A stretch of DNA of 64,000 nt from Ophelia neglecta. Lineage: Eukaryota. Shown in pieces: positions 13,369-27,064 of the stretch (position 1 is its first letter; the number at the start of each line of letters is the position of its first letter). The notes under the pieces were generated by a model. The model searched no databases, was not told the origin of the DNA, and saw nothing but the letters and a program-made list of their open reading frames with translations. The translations under genes and the position numbers were made by a program. The stretch spans positions 44,888,001 to 44,952,000 of the forward strand of contig OZ260667.1 in the NCBI GenBank assembly GCA_965285935.1, in the 5' to 3' direction.

Positions 13369-13570
13369 CTGTATCCCAGCAAATGATCATGAACAGCAAA
13401 TGTTTGCAATTTTTGCAAACATTTCCTGCACATAGACTTAACATAATGGATAGTTTGGTAATTGAAGGAATTTAACAGTAAAGGCAAATCATTAAAAATT
13501 TCTGCTGCCAAGTTTTGGCTAAATCAAAAATCACAATTTTTTCCTGCAGCAAACATTTTCTGGGTTACAG
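13369..13570. mobile_element. Short Tc1/mariner-type MITE remnant
   Basis: Imperfect TIRs ctgtatcccagcaaatg / cattttctgggttacag, with TA on the right flank. Confidence 0.55.
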
Positions 13571-15103
13571 TAGTTTGGTAAAAAAATACTTGATTCTGTT
13601 GGCAAGTAGGCCTAGGCATTGTGTCCAAATTGTTGGCTACATGTAATCAATTTCAAGGACAATGGTCTTGGCCAGGCATAAAGACTAGGACACCAAAACA
13701 TGCTGTAGGTTTATCATTATTTGATTTGATTATCCCCATTGATTTAGCATTCCTAGCAATTTTTCAAAAACAGAGCTCTCTTGCTTCGAGAATGTTCACC
13801 ATTCAATGGCTTATTTAGAACTCCATCAAATTAATAGCAAAACATTCACATGAGCAATATTAATAAATTCATGTTGAAAACAGCATTAACAGCTAGTGCT
13901 AGGCTAGAAAATCAAGCATGCAATAAGCAGGGGATGGGGTTTTTTCGTCAGCCTGCCAGCTCTAGTGAAGGCCTTTCTGTATTGATGCCAGTCTACCACT
14001 AGCCAAGCTGCATAGCAACAATCAACTATTACTGAGGGCTGAGTGGATAAAGTGGCCAGGATGAAGGGACTGGCTGCTGGCATCTACATGCAGAAACGAC
14101 AAATCAATAGCTGAGCATGGGTTGGTCTATTTGTTCTGACCAGTCTTAGCCACCATTCATCAGTGTAGCTGTTATGTATTGAAGCCAAGCATGTAGAGTA
14201 CTCAGATAGCTAGGATGCCGAGACAACCACAAGTTCTCAATGAAAATTGCACAAGTGTATAATCTCATTTGTCTTTTCCGAAGAATGAAGATTATCACAA
14301 CACAGCCGTTCTGTTATTATTTGCCTTCTGCCTGTGTATAACATACTATTACTACTTAAAGTAAAATATATAATTATTTATTTTTCCCCTCAAGAGAAAT
14401 TAATAACTTAACTAATAACGAAAAATAACTAAAGATATTACTAATTCCTATTAATAACATGATAAATAATGACTATATAAGTCAATAGTTCTGTGGTACA
14501 CACTTTGATGTACTTTTTTTCTGCTTTAAAGCAGATATTCAGCACATAAAGAGCAGAAATAGTAAAAGCAGCAACCAGAATTCGGAAATCAATTTGCTGG
14601 TAACATCAAAGAGGCCAGCCCTTCATACAGGGTATATTTATGAAGCTTTCTCATCCTGTTTTCTGATCATCAAAGAAATAGGTCAACTGGGGGATCATGG
14701 GGTAAGATTTATGGTATTTCACACCTTATCTGGTATTGCAGCATCTCTCAGGGCAATGCATACATGTATATAGGCCCAGGCTAGATATTTCTTTGGATCA
14801 TAATGCTGGGCAAGTCAACAAATTAACTTCGGCTGCCTTGGCAGACGGCATGTGCCAAGGTACTTGGGGCAGTCGGTAAAAAAAACAAGCTGGTATGACA
14901 TCCCCGGGCAAATCGGTTTCTGATTTTTGCCACTTAAGCACTGTCTTCATTTCTATCTCAGTTCTTTATATGTTACATTCTTCAGTAATATCAATCTAAA
15001 ATATAAACATAACAAAGGTGCCTCGGCTAGTTCAGCTGGTCATATTTCCTAGCAAAGGGGAATAATACATCATCAGAAGAAAGAAGAGTGCTGAGATGCT
15101 TAC

Positions 15104-15272
15104 AAAAGCTGTCCACAGCTGCTTGTACGAGCCATGCTCCCGCATCATCGCTCGGCAGAGTGCTGCTATGTCGTTCTTGCCGTCAAACTTGTCCATGTGT
15201 TTCTTATTGCCTTGGTCACCGCAATGAGATTCGTGTAAATAAAATACATGCCGCAACTTTTTTCCATCAATT
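15104..15272 (-). CDS. Uncharacterised secreted protein, coding exon 3 (IDGKKLRHVFYLHESHC...YKQLWTAF)
   Basis: Acceptor gttttcatttcag, donor GTAAGC, 169 nt (phase 2 to 0). GC3-biased codons stand out from the AT-rich flanks. Confidence 0.8.
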
Positions 15273-17803
15273 CTGAAATGAAAACATTGACAATCAATTC
15301 ATAATTCATGAGCTATGTTTTCTGTAAAAAAGAAATCTCAATTAGAGAGGTAGACAGTTTATTTTTATAAAAATTAACTCCTCCTCTAAATCTTTTTGTA
15401 CATATCTGTTAGGAGTGCAATAATTCATTATAGTATGATTTATGTGATTTTTATGGGATAATATATGTATCATATTATGCGGTCTGTATAATGTGATAAG
15501 GTTACAATTTGACTATTAGAGAAAATTATATGTTCTACATAGCAACATAAGAGCATATATGAAAAAAAATAAATGAAATTTTAGAGTTTATCTTCATATC
15601 ATATTAGCATCAATTTTATCATTTTACTTAGCTAATGCTCACTTTTCTGTTTTTGTTGCAAAATGGTTTTTACTCATTTAATCAATCTGTGTATTGTTAT
15701 ACTTATTGCATATGTACATGTATTGTGTCATGTACATAGTGTTCTGTTACACCTCTTATGTCTAATTCTGTGTTCAGACGTTATTTTTTGGACTATGGTT
15801 TTTCAGTCTTAAATGCTTTCAGAGAATATTCTTTATTAATGATAGTTTACAATATTTCAAGCTGGAAATTATGAATACAGCTAAGGTTAAAATAATAATG
15901 TTACATGCTTTCTCCAATGAAATCATTTGTAGATTTGATGTTTTAGCCAAAGTATATATGACCATATAAAATGAAAAATACCTATGGAGGTTACCATGGT
16001 TACGAGCAAATTACAAATACCTGGACAGGAAATAATAGGTAGAATAGGATTTAAAATGTTCATGGAACATTGCTCTTTCAAATAAAATCAGGTTTATGCA
16101 TTAAACTTCCAAAATATAGCTTTTTTGGGTCACTGTCTGCTCTGCTCTAATATCTGCAGCAGTTCCCCAAAAGTCAAGAGCACAATTTATATTCATGGAA
16201 TGCTGTCAGGAATAATTCTGCTCTGTTGGGTTTTGGGAATCCATGCATTGAATTTAAAAATCACCTCTCCTTAGCCATTCACACTCATTCTGTAGGAATG
16301 ACTAGGGAATAATAAGAGATTTTTAAATTCTCCATGGAACTGGCCACAGATGGGGGCAAATCCCTCGTACACGCCTGCATACAGAATTATCTCTGTTGTG
16401 TTGAAGGTTAAATTGCCTGACAAAGGCACTTCCTTGTTAAATAAATTGGTGTCATGTCTCTGACAGCAGCATTATGTAAAAACAATGTGTTGTGTAAACA
16501 CAACTAGCCAGGATATTGCATGCACCTATCATAATGCAAAACAAGTGATGTTTCAAAACATCATATGGCAATTTGCCTTGAAAATAGTGTTTGAATTTAT
16601 GCAGCATTCTAATATGATAAATGTTTCCTCCTGACAAAAAAATCCTAAACATAGATAAAGTTTTGACAATAATAGATAACTGTGGTCCCAGATATCTTTA
16701 AGTAGCAAATGACTGGAATCTGAAGACTTCTGCAAAACACTGTCCAGCAACTTTTACCCATTTGGCCTCAGAAATACAATCCTTGATCATCAACTGTCTT
16801 ACTTTGTAAACCATACAGTCAGGCCTACTCATGTAGTATGTATGCCCTGTAGGTCTTAGAGGGAGGAAGGGCACATCAGACATCTGATCTCTGGTCGACA
16901 TGTATTAAAGCTCGTCCTGGCACTTATAAACCTATTCTTTTTTCATGCCATGGACCAAAATTTCTGCTGATTTCAAGGCTATTCATGGACAAATTTAGTT
17001 TTCAGGATATACTGGCAAGTCTGGTCATTGGTTGACCGTAAAGTGGTAATATATTTGACAACTGTAACATTTCTGGTGAATCATTTCAATTTTTTCATGA
17101 ACACCGGCAAGTAAAAGTGAAGTGCACACTGTTATGCTCAGATAGGGTTGTGCTGGAATACCACATATAGCAAGCGAGTTGGTCATTATAGTGTGTAATT
17201 TTTTAACCAATAATTCAACAGATATTTGCCTTTCAAAAGATACCGGATTTGATACCAAACACGTTTTGAATTTGACTTTATAATAAACTTTATCATGGTA
17301 AACGTATTGCACCCACCATGTGTATAGCTGGCGTGTGAAGGCTGGACGGTCACACAGAGACTATTACTGTACATTGAACACCACTGTACTTGCTACATGG
17401 CGCAAATTGTTCTGGCTACCATCAATCAAGATCGACTGATCTTTCTTTTCATTTATACACTTTTTAATTATTTCCATATCAATTAATATAGAAATAATTT
17501 TCAGAATATTTAGGCACTGACTTTTTTTTTTTGCACCTGCCCTATCGGTGAGCAATAATACAAGAACAACAGGACAGTGATTTTTTGTGGCTTCACCACA
17601 TAATTATTTTCTAACATACACCGTCGGGCATGCATATGTGTGATTCTAAATGCCTGACAAACTGGGCAGTCGGTCGTCCGTTAGTGTCTGTGCCTGATAT
17701 TGGGAACATCGACATGTATAAAACAATGGGAAAAATAATCAATAACATGACTATTTAGTACGAGTTTAGAAATTAATCCCAAGAATACAAACGTTATGTT
17801 TAC

Positions 17804-17906
17804 TCCATTGGGCATGCGATATTGCCACGCTGCTTCTTAGGGACTAGGTTTTGTGGGCTTTTTACTTTGGTGAGTTTGCCGGTGGTTGAACTTAAGTCTT
17901 GTGTAC
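17804..17906 (-). CDS. Uncharacterised secreted protein, coding exon 2 (GTQDLSSTTGKLTKVKSPQNLVPKKQRGNIACPME)
   Basis: Acceptor ...ttttctaaaaatgacctag, donor GTAAAC, 103 nt. Phase 1 to 2 exactly bridges exons 1 and 3. Splice sites are weaker than those of the other exons. Confidence 0.65.
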
Positions 17907-18072
17907 CTAGGTCATTTTTAGAAAAATTACATTGTGCTAAACTTGATATAAGAGAGGCTCTTTGCAGAAGTGCAAATTGCAAAAAATATATGTAGTCAAG
18001 ACCATGATAGTGATCCCTGCTCCCATTACATTTGAAAATATAGAACTTCAATTTTTATAGGTTTGTTTCTTA

Positions 18073-18724
18073 AGGTGGTATCACAAGATCCCGGATTCAT
18101 CGCCGTTTTGTCCCGTATTAGAAAAGGTAGCAAACAGGTAGTTTTCCAGATTTTTTGACCGGACTGTTACGGATTGTCCCGTGTTGTCCCTTATTGTCCC
18201 AAAAGCGAACCGGATTTAATCGCGCATGCGTTTGGGAATGGCGCGAAATGACTTCCTGTTTTCCTGTTTCTACAGTCTCTTGGTCTTGTTTACGCCAACA
18301 TGGAGAGATTCCAGGATGCCCGTGCCAGGGCTCTGAAAACCCGCGCAGTCGTGGTGGCAGCCTTAGCGGTGTTGGTCGCCAACGAAGTAGAGGAACAGGA
18401 GAGGGCCTCGAAGAAGAGGCGAGAGAGGAGGAGGGAGCTACGGGAGAAAATGGGCAAGAAACGCTCTTGCTGGTCACAGGGATGGCTGCTTCGTCGCACG
18501 ATGTTCGGCCGGTTGATTCCGGATGTCCCCGGTCATTGAAATTTTTCAACACTGTTCAAAACTTCCCGATATTCGCCCGGATTAAACAAGTGTTCCCGGA
18601 TGGCCTCCCGGAGGTTCCCGGATATCCCAGGATAATACCGGTGTTCCCCGGAATGTCCCGTATTCCAAACGGGACGTTCCGGTAGGCCATCCGGGGACAA
18701 ATCCGGGATCGTGTGATAGCACTT
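18073..18724 (+). mobile_element. PIF/Harbinger internal-deletion derivative
   Basis: 25-bp imperfect TIRs (AGGTGGTATCACAAGATCCCGGATT), TTA TSD at 18070-72 and 18725-27, CCGG/CCCG-rich subterminal repeats. Confidence 0.88.
18300..18539 (+). pseudogene. Truncated N-terminus of a Harbinger transposase
   Basis: Hydrophobic stretch, then an R/K-rich run, then RSCWSQGWLLRR, matching the R-x-W-V-R-x-W-L-x-R-R N-terminal motif of Harbinger transposases. It runs into the right end sequence. Confidence 0.7.
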
Positions 18725-20810
18725 TTATCAAGTAAATACATGTATCTTCATTATGAAGTATTTTTTCTAGATTTGTTCATGGTCTCAATCTGTATGAGAA
18801 CTGTACAAAGCTGTAAGTGTCAAGTTGTATTATTCTTTCATTGCTAATGTCAGACATTTTATCACTGTGGGTCATTGAAATACATTATTATCAGTGTCTA
18901 TTCTCACCTGATATTGTGGCAAGCCCACGTTTCCGAGGGAAATTTTGCCTCAGTCGTTACACTAGTATCACATGTCACAGTACGGTTGAACAGCCTGGAA
19001 GAGCTCTTGAATAATTTCTCTGAAATAAGAAATAATTTGTTTTTAGCGAAGATGGAAATTATTTAAGTGTTAAAGAATGAATTAGAAAATTTAATAATAT
19101 ATTAATCTCTATCTGGTCTATGCTGGGGACTGATGGTTACTTAATATACATAATGAGACCACCATTTATTTACAGGCAATGGAGGGTAAGTACAGTGAAA
19201 TGATATGGATTCATGTATAGCCATTCCTGGGCTCATATTCTCTTGTGTCTTTATCCATATAATCACCCTTTGGTCACGATAAAATGTTTTTTCTCCCATT
19301 TCTATTGCTTGACATCAAACACCAAGTTATTTGTTTTCCTGTTTCAACTAAATCTGGTATATTCTGACTCAATAACATAGCTCCAAGAGATGTTTTTGTT
19401 TCTCTAGGACTGGTGACCATTTCCTGGAAATTGCCATTTACAGAAGCAACAGACTCCTTTCCCTCAGGTTACAGGTTATAAGTAGCAATCTCACTGAGTA
19501 TAAAGTGATGGGCAAATGGTCTATTCTAGTCAAAGATCTCTTATTTACTTCAAAACATGAAAAACAAAATAATAAAAGTGGTTGATAGACAAAACATGAA
19601 TACTATTCTACCTCGATTTAGAATTTAGTGCTGTAGCCGAATACTGATAATTTGATTCCAGTACTGGTAATAAGTTTTATTGTACTTTCTATACAAATAT
19701 TTTAGTAGGTTCAATTAACCTATTATCATAAAACATATACTTCTTGTACATATCATATGATGGTTCACAACAGTGATTGTTTTTATCAGATTACTAACAT
19801 TACTGGTAGTTATAAACAGAAGACTACAATCTTGCATTAAAGATGTTGCTGAACATCCAATATTTTCAATAGAAATTTGAAAAGCTTCCCTGGAGAGATC
19901 ATTAAAAGGCTTAATGGACCTAAAGTACCAATATGTAGCCAGAACAACGGGTACAAGATAACAGTAATAGCATCAATTGTAATTAGCAGGAAAACAGGTT
20001 TTCAGCAAGGCCAGGAGGAACGGAGGCACTTATCAGGATTCTCCCCAGCAAACCCTCCCTGGCGGTGCTCAGTCCAAGGTACATGTACCTAGAATACTTT
20101 GGACACAACTTTTAATTTTTCAAACCAAGAAACAAAGAATACTTTGGACCCAACTTTTAAACCAGTGTTATCAGGTTCTGTATGCCTCTAGTCTCTCAAT
20201 CTATAAATCAATTTTTGTGAAAGCAAAATATGTATCAAATGAAAAGCCCTCTTTCTGACTCAGACTATTTTGCTAGGTTTCAGCCATTCACTCCATTTTC
20301 AGAGCTTCCCCTATTGTATTTCTGAAGTAACCCTTTATTGAGCACCAGCTGTTCATGACAGGCTGCACATATTTATACAAATACATGTATCTAAAAGACT
20401 AGCCACACATGCACTCACACTGACTAACAACCCAATAATTAACTCACCCACCTTCATACAGAACATGAAATTATAAAGATACATAATATGGGTATAACGT
20501 CGACATGATCGACACACATTGACATGACCCACTTGAAAATCACCACGATCGACACACAAGGTTTTGAATTGACCAAGACACACTTATATTCATTTTATCT
20601 TAAGCCTATCTTCTGACACACAACACACATAACCTCTATATTGACACTGGACAGTTGATATACCTAAGCTGAAACAGACACATGACATCAAGTTTTTCAA
20701 AAATCTGACACGACACCCAATTAGAACAACCCACCAATTATTAAAAAAACAAGCTGGTTGCCCGCCAGATCTTACTGATCAGTATTTTGTCGGTCTATGT
20801 ACTGTAACCA

Positions 20811-21029
20811 CCAAAGTGTGGCCGAGTGGTTAGGGTGTCCACCTCGCAAGTGGGAGATCGGGGTTCGAACCTCGATTGTGTCAAACTTAGACGTAAAAAT
20901 AGGTACTGATAGCTCCCCTGCCAGGCGCCCGGTATTTCGGGGGTAGTATCAGGACTGGTATAATGTGACTGGGTGGGGTTCCCTGTCTGGTGTCTACGGC
21001 AGGTACTCCAGTGAGGCAGCACTCTAAAG
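20811..21029 (+). mobile_element. tRNA-derived SINE (Meta-domain-like core), 3'-truncated copy
   Basis: A box TGGCCGAGTGG, B box GGTTCGAACC. Closely similar to the copy at 53194. TSD ATGTACTGTAA at 20797-20807 and 21030-21040. Confidence 0.88.
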
Positions 21030-24000
21030 ATGTACTGTAAACCATCATAGCTCAGGAACAGGATATCAGCGCGAAAGTCCTAGTGGGCATAAATATATAT
21101 GTTATCTAAACATATCCAGCAGTCTGCACACTGGCTCCCTCTGCAAGCTGATGAATGACCTCAAAAACAATGTGACTAACATTATTCATGTGTTTTCAAA
21201 TTTTGTTTACTAAGTTATATTACAAAGAGGAGCAATTTAGAAATACAGAAGTCATTTTAGAGGTGTGAATTGATGTTTCACCAGGCCAATAATAAATTGG
21301 ACCATGAGAATTTTGGACATATATACTCTGCCCCCCCTCCCCCCTCTCCCTGGTACGTATTTATGTCAGATTTCCCTAACCAAGGGTGGGTAACTTGCCC
21401 TAGCTACAAGTTTCATATTCCAGATGCACACCTGTATGCTAAATATTTGGAAGAACCCCCCTCCCCCTCCTCGGATATCTCGAGAGGAAGAAAGGGTGTA
21501 TGAATGTGTCAGTGGGAGCAGGACTTACCAAATGCTCCGTGTTTAGCTATGCGTCACTCTCAGTAGACGCATTCCCAAATACAGGCCTATTGGTCTTATT
21601 TAAAAGTGTTGCTCTAAGAATTGGTAATAAAGCTGTCTGTAATGGACCACTCTTGCAAGACACATTCTTTTAAATCTGACATGCAGCACTAAAATTATCT
21701 TATATATTGACACAAAAGACTTGTTTACTTAAATTTTGACACAACCAGTTAGAAACCCACAAACATGTAGAAGAAATCCCTCTAGCGTGGCAGATACTAA
21801 TGCCTTTCTAAAACCCGGCATTACATAATCTATTAACTTTCTGCTCACAAGACACGCTTTTCTGGGTTTGGATTTTTGGGGCTTAACGACACATAGACAC
21901 CATGTGGGTACACTTTTCTGGGGAATACAATCAGTCTTGTGGAAGACTGTTTTTTGATGCCTGTCACTTACTGATCGTCTGCTCATGTGTGTCTGCTAAT
22001 GGCTTTTTAAATTTTATTTCTTACTTTTGCAGAATACATCATCACACAAAAATCAATGCCACCAATTTCACACTTCAGTTTATGACTAGCTGTCTGCTCT
22101 GTGTGACTAGGACTAATAGGATTCTGGTCAGACTGGCAGGGAAGGAAATTAACAAAACTAAACCTCTAGTCAAGCAGGCCAATAAGACCTGCAAAGTATT
22201 GGCCATAATAGTAACCAAAAAGAAAGTTGGAATGCGGGTCAAATCTTAGAGATTTGAAGTGTGTTTTTGGCATTGTCACAGACATACATTTGTTTATATT
22301 GGCCCTGTAAATTGAGCATTCTGATAACTTTACACATACACCAATCTTCACCACTAATATTGGTGACATTTAGTTATTTAAACATATTTATTCCAATTGA
22401 ATTCATACTGGTGACATTAATTGGTAATGATCTGTTAAATCTTGTTATCCATCAAAGCAAATAATTTGGACAATTCATTATATTATAGCCAATGGCAATG
22501 GGGCGAATGCTAATTCCCGTCCCTGAATAGCTCAGACTCAAGACTCAGTTAAGACATTGTATCTTAAAGCAATGAATACATGAATTATGGGTAATGAATA
22601 CTGGATCATTATTTATACAATAAATATTACTAAATATATTGACTGATAATGTTTTAGTCTATGTGAATCCCACGATCGCTTCTGATATAAGCTAGTCATG
22701 AACACAGGCGCTCCAACCAGTATTTTTATTATAACTCATCAAACTCCATGCCTACATACAGATCATGAACTAATAAATAAAACATACAATACTTTTTAAC
22801 TTATACCACTAACATACGCATTATTCACTGAGGCAGCAATTATAAAGCTATTAAATAAAATTCTTAACAAAAGGGTATGTACAATATATAGTTTCATTCA
22901 TTCAAATTGTTTTATTTTCGAACACATGGTATTTCAAACAACCTTTTAATATTGCTGTTGCTAGCTTTTGTCCTGTTTACTACACACCCAAGAAACCTCA
23001 TGTACCTGAGAGCATCTCTGTGGGTGGCAGTTAGGCATTTCAGGTTGTGCCATTATATAATACAATGGAAATAACCATTATATGATTCAAACAAAAACTG
23101 AATGACAATTACCATCAATGTTGTTTATTTCAACAAAATACTATAAAATAATATAACAGGGTGATTTAAAGCCTATGGACTCAAGGGGGGGGGGGCGGGG
23201 GGGGGGGGGAAGGGAGGAGGGATAGTTTACAGCTGGCCAAGGTCATCTGGACAAGTTTAATAACCCAAATATAATGGCACAGCTATACAATGCATTGTAG
23301 ACAGCAATCCTATCTATTAAGCATCAACAATACGCCCCTTTTTAAAATAAAGGAGTGTTAAACTGGTATCCAAGAGGTCTCGAAACCATTTCTGAAAAAT
23401 GCCATTCAATTGAGCTATAAAGGCCATTATTAACAACTTATATAGATATTGAATTGCAATGTGTAAAAGCTGAAAATAACTAAATTGTCCATGTACATTC
23501 TGTTACAAACCACCATTTCACTACGTCAATGCAAGCTCACAAAGTGCGATCAGGTTACATAGCAGGGAACACATCTCGTCCCTTTCCCTTCACAGAAACC
23601 ATTGTGCTTAGAACATATAGACTTTCGAATGTTGGAAACAGAACACAGAAGCATTGGACACTCCTCTTCGCTCTTAAACTCAAAATTTTATAATGCCATT
23701 GGGTACTAAGGTGCAACATCAGGAATATATCACAGCAATAAACAATAAAATATTGTCTTTTCAAACTTGTGTAGGTATACATAATTTTGTATACATTTAT
23801 AAATCATACTGCCGTTTTCCTTCTTTTCACTATAGAGCACCTAGCCTGGTTCTGATTGGCTAGCAGTTTGTTTCTTTCATTCATGCAAATACCACATTTA
23901 GTATCATTCTAAGCAACTGGAAAGGTCATTTTTATTCATAACACTTCATGTAAAACTCAGCTATGCTGATGAAAAATCACAGCCTTGGAAATCAATGTCC

Positions 24001-25298
24001 AGCAACATTTGCCCAGAAAGCTGATTATATTGATTGGCCCAGTGTACCAGGATTATTAGGTGTTTGTTACCCTCACCATCCGAGATCTTCCAGCCCTTGG
24101 CACTCCACTCTGATGTGTACAGATGAGAGGAATTTTTACATGTGAAGGGGCTGTGTGTTTAATACTGAATACAGCATTGACTCAATCAACCGAACTTCGT
24201 CTAACAGCATTTTTGGCTTAAACAAACTGAATTCATGGCCTCAAAATATAGCATATAAAACATGAAGTAAAACTGATTTAATCATATTTCTTAGACAACA
24301 ACACGTGTAGGCCAAGATATTGTTAGCAATTTTCCAAAATAAATTAAATATAAATATTGAAAGAACATACATTTTATTCAACTTGAGGTATTGGAAACAC
24401 ACAATTATGCAACTGGCCAATTATTCTTGGACTATCTTTTGTATGTGCATTAATTACTCTTTTTCTCATATTTTAGCCATTTATACTTTCTCCGCCATTA
24501 CATGCTTGAAAAGTTAGCTTGTTAGGTCATGAAAACCCTAAGAGATTTTCTTGAGTTTTTAAGAAGAATCCAAGTCTCTCGTCTGGTTTTGAGCTACAAG
24601 TAACTTCCAGTACATCTTATGTAATGTACACATTGCTGTTGAGCAGAGTTTTACTAAGTAATGCCTTTTATGCATGGGATTATTACCACTGTATGTTCTC
24701 CATCAATGAACACATGTGTTATATACTGCCATTTGCACTGCTTAACAATATTGATATAACCCCGATTGGGTAGCCGCACGTAGCTCAGATTTAATTGATC
24801 AATCAGAGTACTTGTTTGCTTGCTGGCCCAGCAAGGGACTCCACAATACATGCTCCCACACAGGGAAGACCAGCCAAGACAGCATGCAGGGCACTCAGAT
24901 AATACACCGACTGCTGAATGTTAAGAATACAGGATTTGCCAGTTACCATGCATACCTATTAGAGACAAAATATTTTTTTACAATACTAGGAAAGCATATC
25001 CCTTTGTGCTTCTTACTAGAATATCACACTATATACCTAGTTGCTTTTAGATGGAAAACACTGATTTTCTGTGAAAAATGATACAAATCTCTTAGGGTGT
25101 AATACATTTCATGGTAGGTTGCCATGGTCACAAGGGTCAATATGTTCTTAACATAGCACACTCTTAGAAAGCATTTTTTCTCTTTCTTGTTTTAAATTAT
25201 TACCCATTAGAAAAATATTAGGAAAACAATGAAAGAGAAGCACAAAGCCAAGCTGGAAACAAGAACTTATGCCCTGTTTCCATGTAAACATTGAATAA

Positions 25299-26105
25299 TT
25301 ATATCCCAGAAATGCGGATATTATGGAATCAGTGGTGCCGCCGCCGCTGCCGCCGCAGATTTTAGTCGTTAACTCGGTAACTCAAAAACAATTTTGTACA
25401 TCTTTTTTAAATTTGACGCAGCCATAGACCTTATTGAAAGGAGGAACTGATAAGATTCTGGTGAAATTCCAATAATTATTAATTAGTTAAAATAATTATT
25501 TTGTTATGTCAGAAACGCATTTTCATTTTTGCATTATCATTGAGGTCATACAGAACCAACTACAATCTGTGTAATAAGTTAACTAATTAACTTTATTAAT
25601 GACCTGAAAAAAATTAGTTAAGGGCGTTTTGCATTATTATTGAGGTCATATGGAGCCTACTACATGTATAATCTGTGTAATAAGTTATTAGTTAACTAGT
25701 TAACTTTATTAATAACCTGAAAAAAAATTAGTTAAGGTCGTCTTGTGTCCTTATTGAGGTCATATGGAACCAACTTTATTAATGACCTGAAAAAAAATTA
25801 GTTTAGGTTGTTTTGCATTATTATTGAGGTCATATGGAGCCTTCTACAATCTGTGTACTAAGTAAAGTTAAGGTCGTTTTGCAATATTATTGAGGTCATA
25901 TGGAACCTACTACGACATGTGTGATAAGTCAACTAGTCAACTTTATTAATGCCCTGAACAAAAATTAGTTAAGGTTGCTATCTTTCGTGTCAACTAAAAA
26001 CTACCATATTCACTACTCCACCTTATACCATGTTTGCCAATCGACTATTGCACGCATTCGCGGATATCCCCCTTGCTGTCAGCCCCCCCGACAGCGTTGG
26101 CCTAG
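25299..26105 (+). mobile_element. Helentron-associated non-autonomous element (HINE / DINE-1-like) with internal tandem repeats
   Basis: 5' subterminal palindrome atatccc...gcggatat, (GCC)n microsatellite, repeated attattgaggtcatatgga units, 3' subTIR cgcattcgcggatat, hairpin gctgtc/gacagc, and a CTAG end followed by T's. Confidence 0.8.
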
Positions 26106-27064
26106 TTTTGAGACTGAAAGAATGCAAGGGCGGAATTATTAATCTGCCCTATTATTAAACAATTATCTGTACTCATTTGTTTCACAATGAATGCTGAAAA
26201 TTACGACAACTTAGTAAACTTCACTGTGTAGACAAACTGGGCTTAATTGTATGCTTGGAGTGCTCAGCTTCACCATACAACTGACATGCATCTCCACCAT
26301 TTAAGCGGTCATGGATATGCCATCAGGTCTGGCTTAGCCTTGCCATTAAGGCCCCTTTTAAATGAGTAAAAATGGTCCCAATGATGCCTAGTTGCATTCA
26401 CTATTCAAATTAACCAACTGGTATTTTGTTATTTTTTATGGACTTTACTTATCTACAGATTTTTCTATGGTCTAAAGATACTACAGCAGGTACATTTATC
26501 ACCTTATAATCTTGTAAACCTGGCCAGATACCATACAATGATAATAGGGAGTGACTAATGGACAGGGACTGTCAAAGAAACAGTATATATCCCTCCCCAC
26601 TTAAAAGAAGCCAAGAATCCCCCTAACCATTGTGAATCACATCTGAGAGTGAGATTAAGGCAACCCAAGTCTGGAGGTTAAGAATATCAGTGTTTTCTTT
26701 ACAAAATAATTGTGTACTTTCAATTTCTTTGGCCTCAAATGGCTTCACTCATCAGTTGATGTAGAAAATCCCTTTTATTGGCTCAGGTGAGGCCTAGATT
26801 GGATTCACAACAACTGTCTTCCTGCAGGGAGTAAAACAAATCTCCCAAACAGAGTGGCCAATAATTCATGCACCTCCCACCCCACCCCACCCCCCACCCC
26901 AACCCCCTCCACCCCAGACATCACCCAGACATGCCACCCACTGAAATCTCATGACTCAGTTCCAGAGCAGCTTCAATAGCTGGGTAAGGTGGATATAACT
27001 AGTCCTCACCAAATTTACTGCCTTAAAGCAAGGCTCCTCAATGCATCACCGAGCTCCTTTTAGC

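Noticed and set aside
15032-15103. Apparent transmembrane helix at the end of ORF 15032-15256
   Set aside because: It lies past the GTAAGC donor at 15103, so it is intron read-through.
16300-16900. Cluster of 65-67 aa minus-strand ORFs as extra exons
   Set aside because: No phase-compatible splice pair and no recognisable protein motif.
18118-18741. Overlapping 144-176 aa ORFs
   Set aside because: By-products of the GC-rich Harbinger derivative; only 18300-18510 has a recognisable motif.
20811-20885. tRNA gene (also 53194, and fragments near 30070-30120 and 58790)
   Set aside because: A and B boxes are present but there is no complete cloverleaf. The two main copies continue into a SINE body with TSDs.
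23555-23782. Minus ORF with RAKR and KGKGRDV that could splice to exon 3 and give a neurotrophin-like reading
   Set aside because: Weak donor (GTAACC), no convincing acceptor and AT-rich codons. The 17906-17804 exon fits both phases better, and the protein lacks the terminal CxC of cystine knots.
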